Origin: Vulcanisaeta distributa DSM 14429
GTDB taxonomy: Archaea; Thermoproteota; Thermoprotei; Thermoproteales; Thermocladiaceae
Assembly (NCBI RefSeq): GCF_000148385.1
Contig: NC_014537.1
Coordinates: 570,001 to 602,000 of the forward strand
Length of the DNA: 32,000 bases
Direction: 5' to 3'
Position numbers and translations under genes: made by a program. Under the pieces are notes generated by a model. The model was not told where the DNA came from and ran no database searches. It saw only the letters and a list, made by a program, of their open reading frames with translations. Position 1 is the stretch's first letter. Each line of letters starts with the position of its first letter. This document shows, in pieces, positions 18,278 to 25,746 of this stretch.

Positions 18278-18465
18278 AAATGTGTTCAGTTCTTCCTGGT
18301 TCATAGTCTCTCCTTCGTGCCAAGCATAGTAATATCGAGTTATTACCCTAATCCTTAGCATTTACGTTAATGCCCTGATTAATTAATTGGTTAAATCGAG
18401 AATACCTTGGTGCTATAAATAATCAGGCTTATTTTTGAGTTTGGTTAATCATGAAGTCTTCATAA

Positions 18466-19497
18466 TTAGCTAAACCACCAGCCATAGCCTGGCAGTAGTG
18501 GTATTGTTATGTTCCCAATGTTCGTATTCAGCACTACATAGCCGTAGGGCATTTGGGCTATGCTACTTGGAAATACGAAATTATTACTGCAGGATATTGC
18601 CCCCAACGAGATTGTCTGTTCAACTGGACCATTTGGCGTTATCACAAGGGTTGAAAAGTACGAATAATTAATTGATTGTGTTGGTAAGTCCAAGCCCTCG
18701 GTAAGGGTTGTGGAATTTATGGTGGGTGACGTACCTACCTTGCACGATACCAATACCGTGTTATTATAGGCGTAGACCGTGTAGCTGTTGATGACTATTG
18801 GATTAGGGAGTGGGTTGTCAAGGTATATAGTCATGCCGCTAGACGATGGGTAAGCTATTGCGTAGCCGAATGGTTTATTGACAGGTAATGCCGTGACTAT
18901 TGATGTATTATATGTGACACCCGCTAAGCCTAGGTTGGTTAATTTATTAGTGAGTATTGTGATTGTAAGGTTCATTCTCGTAAACATACTCAATGAGTAA
19001 AATCCAGAGAAACCTCCACTCCACTCAAACCCCGTGAATTCTAATGCTGATGAGTTATAGAGCGCGAGCATTAGTGGTAATGCTAATGTAGTGTTTGGCG
19101 GTGCATAAATTATCGCTGATAAGGTGATTAAGTCAGTAGAGAGAGGAGGACCTACGTAAACCTCCATGGTTAAATTCATGGGCTCACTCGTTGGATTGGT
19201 TATGTTAAGGAACAATATGAAACTACCGACCTCGCCACTCTGGAAGTAATAAAGAGTTGGCTTAGCCATTGACTTGAAGGACGATAATGTATTTATAATA
19301 CCCGTGTAATTTGCCATTAGGCTTGAGTACTCACTCTGCAACTGCCGGTATTGGCTTTGTAGTTGATTGTACTGGGCTTGTAATGTTGTGTAATTAATCT
19401 CGAGCTGACTATATTGTGTCTTCAATACCGTATAATTCATCTTCAATGCATTTAACCTCACCTTGTAATGTCGAGATCTTCGAAGCCTCATTACCAA
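18466..19497 (-). CDS. Hypothetical extracellular coiled-coil / beta-rich glycoprotein (main reading frame)
   Basis: A 343-aa ORF. The N-terminal part consists of consecutive Y-x-x-L heptads. The remainder is Ser/Thr/Asn/Tyr-rich and has 13 N-x-S/T sequons by my count. This frame has no signal peptide, which is addressed in the frameshift finding. Confidence 0.6.
   Translation of the reverse strand: MVMRLRRSRHYKVRLNALKMNYTVLKTQYSQLEINYTTLQAQYNQLQSQYRQLQSEYSSLMANYTGIINTLSSFKSMAKPTLYYFQSGEVGSFILFLNITNPTSEPMNLTMEVYVGPPLSTDLITLSAIIYAPPNTTLALPLMLALYNSSALEFTGFEWSGGFSGFYSLSMFTRMNLTITILTNKLTNLGLAGVTYNTSIVTALPVNKPFGYAIAYPSSSGMTIYLDNPLPNPIVINSYTVYAYNNTVLVSCKVGTSPTINSTTLTEGLDLPTQSINYSYFSTLVITPNGPVEQTISLGAISCSNNFVFPSSIAQMPYGYVVLNTNIGNITIPLLPGYGWWFS
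19291..19480 (-). repeat. Heptad (21-nt periodic) coiled-coil array encoded across the frameshift
   Basis: The heptads are KISTLQG EVNALKM NYTVLKT QYSQLEI NYTTLQA QYNQLQS QYRQLQS EYSSLMA NYTGIIN. Position 2 is I/V/Y and position 5 is L (I in the last). The first two heptads require removing one A of the AAA run. Confidence 0.6.
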
Positions 19498-19618
19498 CCA
19501 TCATGCCGAGGTAAGCACCAACAACCACGAGAATAACCACCAGAGCAACCACAGCATACAGGTACAGGTTAGGCATAATCAATAGCATGTAAAATACCTT
19601 TTTAAGCATTACCAACAC
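19409..19618 (-). pseudogene. Detached N-terminal signal-anchor segment of the 18466-19497 gene (different frame)
   Basis: A 69-aa ORF encoding MLVMLKKVFYMLLIMPNLYLYAVVALVVILVVVGAYLGMMVGNEASKISTLQGEV.... It consists of a TM helix followed by the start of the heptad pattern. It overlaps the 343-aa ORF by 89 nt in another frame. Confidence 0.45.
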
Positions 19619-19863
19619 CAGGAGCTAACGCCGTTAAGCATATGCATATAATGATAATTGTGATGCCCATCGCTGACTTAATAGCTAGTGGAGTAACTTG
19701 ATTACGGTGACGACCATAGAAATAAAGGACCCGGCGGCACTGCTTTTCTTCCCGCTATTTTCATGGACGTCCTAGCAAGGCTTCAGGTCTACCAAGGAAG
19801 GCAACCACACAGTGAGCTTCTGAAGGTAGTTGAATTACCCTAATTTTCTTGCCGTTACGCTCA

Positions 19864-20718
19864 TTACCAGTATGCTAATGCGTATATTGGTGCTGTGTTG
19901 TTTATGTATGGCTTTACGCCGCTTATGCTTATTGCCTCCTGGCTTCCGGCAGTTGGTGGCTTGCTCATTAGGTATATCGTGGGTACCTCGGTTATGTACT
20001 GACCAGCCTCAATCAATTGTTGGGCCGTTAATGGCGTGCCAGGCTTACCAACCCAGCCATACCTAGCCATTAACTGCACCTCCTCGGCCTCGCTCGTAAT
20101 GCTGCAGACCAGCAATGCGTAAGGGACTGCGGAGTAGAGTATGAGGGCTATGGTATCGCCAGGTCTAACGTTAATCGCCGTGGGTAATCTGGCAATGATT
20201 GCCGTGTGGAATACCGAGATGTTCTCGGCCTTCATGAATTGCCAGAAGGTCATTGTCCTATTGGGAATCGTCTCGTACCTATTCACTGTCGTGTTGTAGT
20301 AGACATATGGGTATGGCTGACTTACGGCGTAGAGTAAGGCATCCACGGGGTTTGTGTAGTTACCAACGGCAATCAACCTACCATTTAGGTAAACTCCAAA
20401 CCACATGGCATTGCCGGGGTTGACGCTGGATAATGCTGAGAGTGTCCTGTTTATGATACTCAGTGGGAAGTCGATTTCGAGGGATGCGTAGTTGATTGTT
20501 AGGTTGCCGTGGACGTGGTAAATGAGGACTATTGTCGTATTGCCTGGAATAACTAAGTCATAACCATCATTACAGGCGACTCGGCCATAATAGGTGGGCA
20601 TGGTAGCGACAAAGATCGGATGTGCGGGGAAGAATAAGGCCTTGATGAGCAGGGAGGCAACTGCAGCAACAACCACCATAGCCGCCACCAACCACTTTAT
20701 TCTTGGACCCATAACCAT
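19864..20718 (-). CDS. Hypothetical membrane-anchored extracellular glycoprotein
   Basis: A 284-aa ORF with an N-terminal anchor (KWLVAAMVVVAAVASLLIKALFF) and 8 N-x-S/T sequons. I recognise no family. Confidence 0.6.
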   Translation of the reverse strand: MVMGPRIKWLVAAMVVVAAVASLLIKALFFPAHPIFVATMPTYYGRVACNDGYDLVIPGNTTIVLIYHVHGNLTINYASLEIDFPLSIINRTLSALSSVNPGNAMWFGVYLNGRLIAVGNYTNPVDALLYAVSQPYPYVYYNTTVNRYETIPNRTMTFWQFMKAENISVFHTAIIARLPTAINVRPGDTIALILYSAVPYALLVCSITSEAEEVQLMARYGWVGKPGTPLTAQQLIEAGQYITEVPTIYLMSKPPTAGSQEAISISGVKPYINNTAPIYALAYW

Positions 20719-21095
20719 CAGAATCTTTTATTTCACGGGATTTTTTACTTTGGGTGTTCGGAGAAAGTGATTAGAGCGGAATTGAGCGGAGTTTTACGGT
20801 TTATGAATATTCATCCATATGCATTTCTTAGGCTTGACGTGATATCTAACGATTAAGGATATTAACATAAGGCTACGCATTAAACTAATGTATTACGACC
20901 CAGGTGGGTTTATGTAATGATTATGCTCTTAATGTGCGTAAAAATGGTAATGCGGTAATTACATGCTACTTCTGATTTCTTTACAGTGCACTGCTTAAGC
21001 ACGGTGGCGCTTGGTATGGCTAAGGTGCTTAGTTTAAATCTTGGCTAGCGTTAAACCTGGTAATCCTCCTTACATCTCCATAGGGATTATGGAAA

Positions 21096-21314
21096 TTAAA
21101 AGTAATACTCGCCATTATTGGTTTCTTTTTCCGTGGTATTACTCATGCTGACCCTTCTTTCGAGCATCCTCACCTCATAGTCTATATTCACGAGATACTC
21201 CCAAAGGGCGTCGAGTGCCTCGTCCTTGTCAACGAGCCCCAGCCTAGCCTTAACTATCACATCAAATGCGCAGTCGAGAAACTTCTCCCTACATCGTTTA
21301 ATTATCTTTCCCAC
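21096..21314 (-). CDS. Hypothetical small protein (72 aa, GTG start)
   Basis: The ORF has helical-looking, charged sequence (REKFLDCAFDVIVKARLGLVDKDEALDALWEYLVNIDYEVRMLERR). It has no ATG start and I recognise no family, so it is a weak call. Confidence 0.35.
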   Translation of the reverse strand: MGKIIKRCREKFLDCAFDVIVKARLGLVDKDEALDALWEYLVNIDYEVRMLERRVSMSNTTEKETNNGEYYF

Positions 21315-21487
21315 AATGTTTTATTTCTATTCTTACTTTTCAACTTTTTGCCTATATCGAATAAAAAGTTGGGGTCAAAAATATAAAGTCTATAATACAT
21401 GTATACTATACATATAATTTATATGTATTTTAGGAACAGTCGATAAGGGTAAATAATATAAATATAACAAGACTAGGTAATAACGAG

Positions 21488-21582
21488 GCCCATACCTGCC
21501 TTGCATTCACACCATTGGGCCACCCAACGACCCGGCAAAACCGGGCCGCTGGGACCCAATGGTGTGGGTGCATGCAGGGGGC
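21488..21582. ncRNA. Candidate structured RNA / long imperfect hairpin (GC-rich island in an A/T-rich spacer)
   Basis: A 12-bp perfect stem pairs CACACCATTGGG (21508-21519) with CCCAATGGTGTG (21555-21566). An apical hairpin is formed by CCCGG-caaaa-CCGGG (21531-21545). Further pairing extends outwards (21495-21507 with 21567-21578). A TATA-like run lies at 21451-21468 and a T-rich tract follows at 21590-21605. Confidence 0.35.
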
Positions 21583-21661
21583 AAATCCTCAATTATTATT
21601 TAATTGCCTGTGGTAAAGACCAGTAACTAATTGAGGAAAGCCTTTTAACATCATTGTTTAA

Positions 21662-22237
21662 TTGAGTTGGTTAATGGAGTTCCTAGTCCTTAATTGGCAG
21701 AGGCTTGTTGACTTGACGTTGGATTTGTCGTTAATGGTTAAGGAATCGGGCTATAGGCCTGACTCAATAATCGCAATTTTAAGGGGTGGCTACATAGTGG
21801 GTAAGTTGGTCTCTGATTTCCTCGGTATTGATGACCTGGCGGTACTTGGCCTTGTGAGCTATGGTACGAAGATCGGCCAGGGTGAGGAACCGGTCGTCAC
21901 CTACCCAATAATACGTGATTTAAGGGGTAAAAGCGTTTTAGTAGTGGATGATGTGGCGGATACGGGTAAGACCCTGGCCACCGCCCGGGATCTAACTAGG
22001 TTTTATGGTGCCAGGGAGGTTAGGGTGGCGACCCTCTACGTTAAGCCCTGGTCGAGGGTCAAGCCTGATTACTACGTTGGCGTCACGGATAAGTGGGTTT
22101 TATTCCCATGGGAGGTTGGTGAGGTCGTTAGGAACCAGGCCCAGGGCTCAGACCCTGAATCCGTGATAAGGAACTTAAGGCTTAGTGAGTATTTTGGTAA
22201 TGACTTCGTTACTAAGTTAGCGAGGCTCCTCCATTAA
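21662..22237 (+). CDS. Purine (6-oxopurine; xanthine/guanine/hypoxanthine-type) phosphoribosyltransferase
   Basis: The PRPP-binding motif VLVVDDVADTGKTL is present, along with ILRGGYIVG and a KPDYYVG...WVLFPWE segment, all resembling Gpt-type PRTases. The probable start is the ATG at 21674 (MEFLVL...), with cttttaacat about 25-33 nt upstream. Confidence 0.8.
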   Translation: MSWLMEFLVLNWQRLVDLTLDLSLMVKESGYRPDSIIAILRGGYIVGKLVSDFLGIDDLAVLGLVSYGTKIGQGEEPVVTYPIIRDLRGKSVLVVDDVADTGKTLATARDLTRFYGAREVRVATLYVKPWSRVKPDYYVGVTDKWVLFPWEVGEVVRNQAQGSDPESVIRNLRLSEYFGNDFVTKLARLLH

Positions 22238-22238
22238 A

Positions 22239-23426
22239 TCATTCATACTCAATCGTGGCCGGGGGCTTCGGTGTCACGTCATAGCCAACCGCGGCAACCC
22301 TCTCATCACTACCCAGTATTTCCTGCGCAATCCCCATGAGCGTGTCCTGCGGTATCCTGGCCACGTCAGCAGTCATGAAATCCTCAGTGAGCACAGCCCT
22401 TATTGAGACGAAATACTTCCCAGAACCTCTCCCCATTAATTCATAGACCACGTGGGTGACATCACGAGCAGTGCCCAGGTACCTATATAGGTCGTAGATT
22501 AAACCCCAATTACTTGGATCACCCCTAACCAACACCACGTTCCCGTAGGACCTGGAATCACCCTTAACGCCCGTAGCCCTAACCTTAAATACGTAGGCTT
22601 TGAAATTGCCAAGCCCATTGATAATCCTTGATAAATCCTCACTTGAGGCCACGTCATACTCCCACGCAGCCGCAAACCACTGGCTCAAGCCCATACCCCC
22701 TAACCTCCTCTCAACGATTTCCGTCGCCCCCCTGACGACATCAAGCTTCTCAAGCGTTAACTCACCCACAGCCCTAATACTAAGTCCAGGCCCTGGGAAT
22801 GGCTGCCTATTAACTATCTCACTTGGTACACCGAGCGCCTTGGCTAACTCCCTGACCTGGTCCTTATAAAGCTCCCTGAGCGGCTCGATGAGTTTAAAGC
22901 CGTATTTAGACACCGTGTCTATGCCGATCTGCTCAAGCACGTTGTGCTGCGTCTTAATGCCACCCCTCGTCTCAATCCAGTCAGGGGCTATTGTACCTTG
23001 GACAAGCCAATCACAGCCATACTCCCTGGCAACCCCAGAGAGCACTTCATAGAAAACCTCCCTAAACCTAATCCTCTTCTCCTCAGCATCGCTAAGCCCA
23101 AGCATCTCACGGTAAAACCTATCACGCGCATCAATAACCTCTATTGGAAGGACATCCCTAAGCAACTCCTTAACGTGTGCTGGCTCGTTAAGTCTCATGA
23201 AGCCAGTGTCTATGAACACCGCCCTGAGCCTATCACCGATGGCCCTCCTAACGAGGACAGCAGCCGTAGTACTATCAACACCACCCGATATCGCCGCGAC
23301 AGCGCACTTGATGGGTAACGACTTAATACCCTCAACCGCCTTATCGATCCACGCCAACTCCATGTTAGTTCTGTGTTCAATGGATTGTTTAAATACCTTA
23401 GCCCCATGAACCCCCGTATTACTCAA
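22239..23426 (-). CDS. guaA: GMP synthase [glutamine-hydrolysing] subunit B (ATP pyrophosphatase)
   Basis: A 395-aa ORF with the PP-loop AISGGVDSTTAA, NRQPFPGPGLSIR and a C-terminal KPPATIEYE. Confidence 0.9.
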   Translation of the reverse strand: MSNTGVHGAKVFKQSIEHRTNMELAWIDKAVEGIKSLPIKCAVAAISGGVDSTTAAVLVRRAIGDRLRAVFIDTGFMRLNEPAHVKELLRDVLPIEVIDARDRFYREMLGLSDAEEKRIRFREVFYEVLSGVAREYGCDWLVQGTIAPDWIETRGGIKTQHNVLEQIGIDTVSKYGFKLIEPLRELYKDQVRELAKALGVPSEIVNRQPFPGPGLSIRAVGELTLEKLDVVRGATEIVERRLGGMGLSQWFAAAWEYDVASSEDLSRIINGLGNFKAYVFKVRATGVKGDSRSYGNVVLVRGDPSNWGLIYDLYRYLGTARDVTHVVYELMGRGSGKYFVSIRAVLTEDFMTADVARIPQDTLMGIAQEILGSDERVAAVGYDVTPKPPATIEYE

Positions 23427-23461
23427 TTAATTATTTAATCAAATATATAAATAATACCGCA

Positions 23462-24031
23462 TCACGCATGTTGGCATAACTCAAGGAAGTTCTTCATAAT
23501 CACGAGTCCATACTCCGTATGCCTAACCTCGGGATGAAACTGGACACCAAACCTACTAATTCCCTCATTAACCATCGCCTCAACGGGCACGGTATCACTA
23601 TGCGCAATTACTTCAAAGCCCCTAGGCTGCCTGGCAACGCTTATGTTGTGGCTCTCCCAGGCAACGAACTCCCTGGGAACTCCCCTAAGTATTGTGTCCT
23701 CCCTATCAACATAGACCCTAACACCACCAAACTCAGGGAGATCCCTCACCAACTCACCACCGTATGCATACGCCATCAATTGATGCCCAAGGCAAATACC
23801 GAGCACGGGCCCTGGGAATTCGAGGATGTAATTAATGGCGTTGCCCGTCCTGGGCAGGTCCTCGGGTATGTTCCACGGACCACCACTAATGATTAAGCAA
23901 TCAAATAACTGCTTAACCTTATCGAGCGGCTCATCCGGACTTAGAAACCCACCCCTAAAGCCCAACTCAGTCACACGCCTAAGTATTAGGTGATTGTATT
24001 GACCACCGAAATCAAGGATCCCAACAACCAC
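23462..24031 (-). CDS. guaA: GMP synthase [glutamine-hydrolysing] subunit A (glutamine amidotransferase)
   Basis: A 189-aa ORF with GICLGHQL and FGVQFHPE. It lies directly upstream of subunit B. Confidence 0.9.
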   Translation of the reverse strand: MVVGILDFGGQYNHLILRRVTELGFRGGFLSPDEPLDKVKQLFDCLIISGGPWNIPEDLPRTGNAINYILEFPGPVLGICLGHQLMAYAYGGELVRDLPEFGGVRVYVDREDTILRGVPREFVAWESHNISVARQPRGFEVIAHSDTVPVEAMVNEGISRFGVQFHPEVRHTEYGLVIMKNFLELCQHA

Positions 24032-24159
24032 GAAATAAGCACTTCACATTCTGTTTAAATACTTTTCATCAACAATAAGCCAGGTCCACGTAATTAATAC
24101 AGCCTCATTTTCGATTTATTGTTTAATGAATTAATTAAACAATTTAATTAATTATTTAA

Positions 24160-25740
24160 ATGAAAAATCGTAAGTTCTTACGCGAAAGATTTTTAAATAT
24201 TCCAATTCTCGATGGAACAATGGGGGCTAAACAGGGCGTATTTCTTAGGGAATCCACGGGTTTAGTCAAAGAGGCTGGTTTTTGGGATGCTGTGTCGATA
24301 AACATCGCCAACATGTCAATAGGCGCGGCCCTCGGCACGGCCGGCTTCACACTAGCCGCCCTACCAACAGTGGTTGGTGTTAACTTCGTATATGCATCAC
24401 TAATTGCATTCCTACTCTCAATACCTCAAATAATCGTTTACTCATTACTAACCACGTTAATACCACGCACTGGCGGTGACTATGTGTGGCTAACCAGGGC
24501 GTTTGGGCCTAGGGCCGCCTGGCTCATTAATGGCCTGGTCATGGCATTCGTAATACAGGCCCTGGCATACTACGCACTGATTGCGATAGCCGGCGTTTTC
24601 CAACTCGAGTCAGTACTACCTCTGCTGGGCTTGAATGTGTCCTTCAATACGTGGGACATGACGGCCACGGCAATCGCCTTCTTCGCCGTTATAGTCCTGG
24701 CCAACATACTGGGTACTAAGTACGGCTTTAGACTAATGACAGTACTAACCACGGTATCAATGATTGGGTTAGCAATTGCGATAGCCATAATGCTCCTAAC
24801 ACCTAGGTCAGCGGCAATAGCCGCAATCAATAACCTACTACCAAGCGGCTACACATACTCATCACTGGCCAGTAGCTATAGGGGGCCCGAGGCCACGTTA
24901 AGCGGCATACTCATGGTAATACCCTTCTTCGCCCTCTACGTATACCCATGGCTAATGGCTGGGCCCGCAATAGCCTCTGAGATAAGGGGTAGAAACGCAA
25001 TTAAGTACAACGTACCCGTCGCAGCCCTCATCACCATGGTAATGGCAACCATAGGGTTTGAGGCCATGTACTACTCGCTGGGCTTTAGCTTCGTTACTGC
25101 AGCATTATCCAACCCTAACCTCAATGGCATTATTAACTTCTGGACAATAGCGATGGTATTATCAAGCAACTACGCGCTTAAGTGGTTTATTGGCATTTCG
25201 TCAGTGACTTGGTACCTCGCAATATTGGCCTACGGCGCCATAGTCATCGTTAGGTACTGGTTTGCGCTGGCCTTCGACAGGGTTTGGCCCAGTGCCTTCG
25301 CTTACGTGAGTCCGAGGTTCGGAACACCAATATACGCACACCTATTCGATCTAGTGGTGACGGCAATACTTATTACATTAACAGGGATATTCTACGGAAC
25401 ATTCACTGCGCTCTACGGCACCGAGGTCGGGCCATTAACGTACCTGGCACTCGTGGGTATTGCCGCGGTAATAATAGCGCTCAGGAGAAGCAATGAACTG
25501 AGTGGCAGGGCTAGGGCGGCACTCATTGCCGCTGGTGTTCTTCAGTTCCTAGTCTTTATTTACCTGGACTATGAGTTCCTAGCCTACCCACAGATCTGGG
25601 GCGGCAACTGGTTGGCCTACGGCGTAATAATCGGCGCCTTCGTGCTGGGCGTTATAGCCTACTTGGTGGCCAGATCCATATACCTGAGGAGGTATGGTAT
25701 GGACATATCCGCGGCATACGTCGAGATACCTCCTGAGTGA
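24160..25740 (+). CDS. APC-superfamily amino acid/amine permease
   Basis: A 526-aa polytopic ORF with a PRTGGDYVW-type motif near TM2-3. The first 20 codons lie in A/T-rich promoter-like DNA, so the start may be the ATG at 24220 (MGAKQG...). Confidence 0.8.
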   Translation: MKNRKFLRERFLNIPILDGTMGAKQGVFLRESTGLVKEAGFWDAVSINIANMSIGAALGTAGFTLAALPTVVGVNFVYASLIAFLLSIPQIIVYSLLTTLIPRTGGDYVWLTRAFGPRAAWLINGLVMAFVIQALAYYALIAIAGVFQLESVLPLLGLNVSFNTWDMTATAIAFFAVIVLANILGTKYGFRLMTVLTTVSMIGLAIAIAIMLLTPRSAAIAAINNLLPSGYTYSSLASSYRGPEATLSGILMVIPFFALYVYPWLMAGPAIASEIRGRNAIKYNVPVAALITMVMATIGFEAMYYSLGFSFVTAALSNPNLNGIINFWTIAMVLSSNYALKWFIGISSVTWYLAILAYGAIVIVRYWFALAFDRVWPSAFAYVSPRFGTPIYAHLFDLVVTAILITLTGIFYGTFTALYGTEVGPLTYLALVGIAAVIIALRRSNELSGRARAALIAAGVLQFLVFIYLDYEFLAYPQIWGGNWLAYGVIIGAFVLGVIAYLVARSIYLRRYGMDISAAYVEIPPE

Positions 25741-25746
25741 TTATTA

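Noticed and set aside
18179-18361. A 60-aa minus-strand ORF.
   Set aside because: It overlaps the well-folded tRNA-Gly gene on the opposite strand, and its translation (…GSAARGAAILDQSRRRP…) is simply the tRNA read backwards.
19650-19677. Box C/D sRNA-like pieces in the spacer (AATGATAA, GTGATGC, CTGA).
   Set aside because: The spacing is wrong, with only 6 nt between the best C-like box and CTGA. There is no second D box and no terminal stem, and the opposite strand has no boxes at all.
19730-19738. CCCGGCGGC matches the 3' part of the tRNA-Gly gene (18262-18270), which could be an att-site remnant marking an element integrated at the tRNA.
   Set aside because: Only 9 nt match, and about 0.2 such matches are expected by chance in this window. 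No integrase or other mobile-element gene lies between the two copies, and the similarity does not extend further.
21575-21590. GGGGGCAAATCCTC resembles a tRNA T-arm, raising the possibility of a split or fragmentary tRNA gene of the kind known in Thermoproteales.
   Set aside because: It lacks the conserved TTC of the T-loop and has no complementary 3' stem or acceptor sequence. The surrounding hairpin is self-complementary, unlike a split-tRNA leader, which pairs with a partner.
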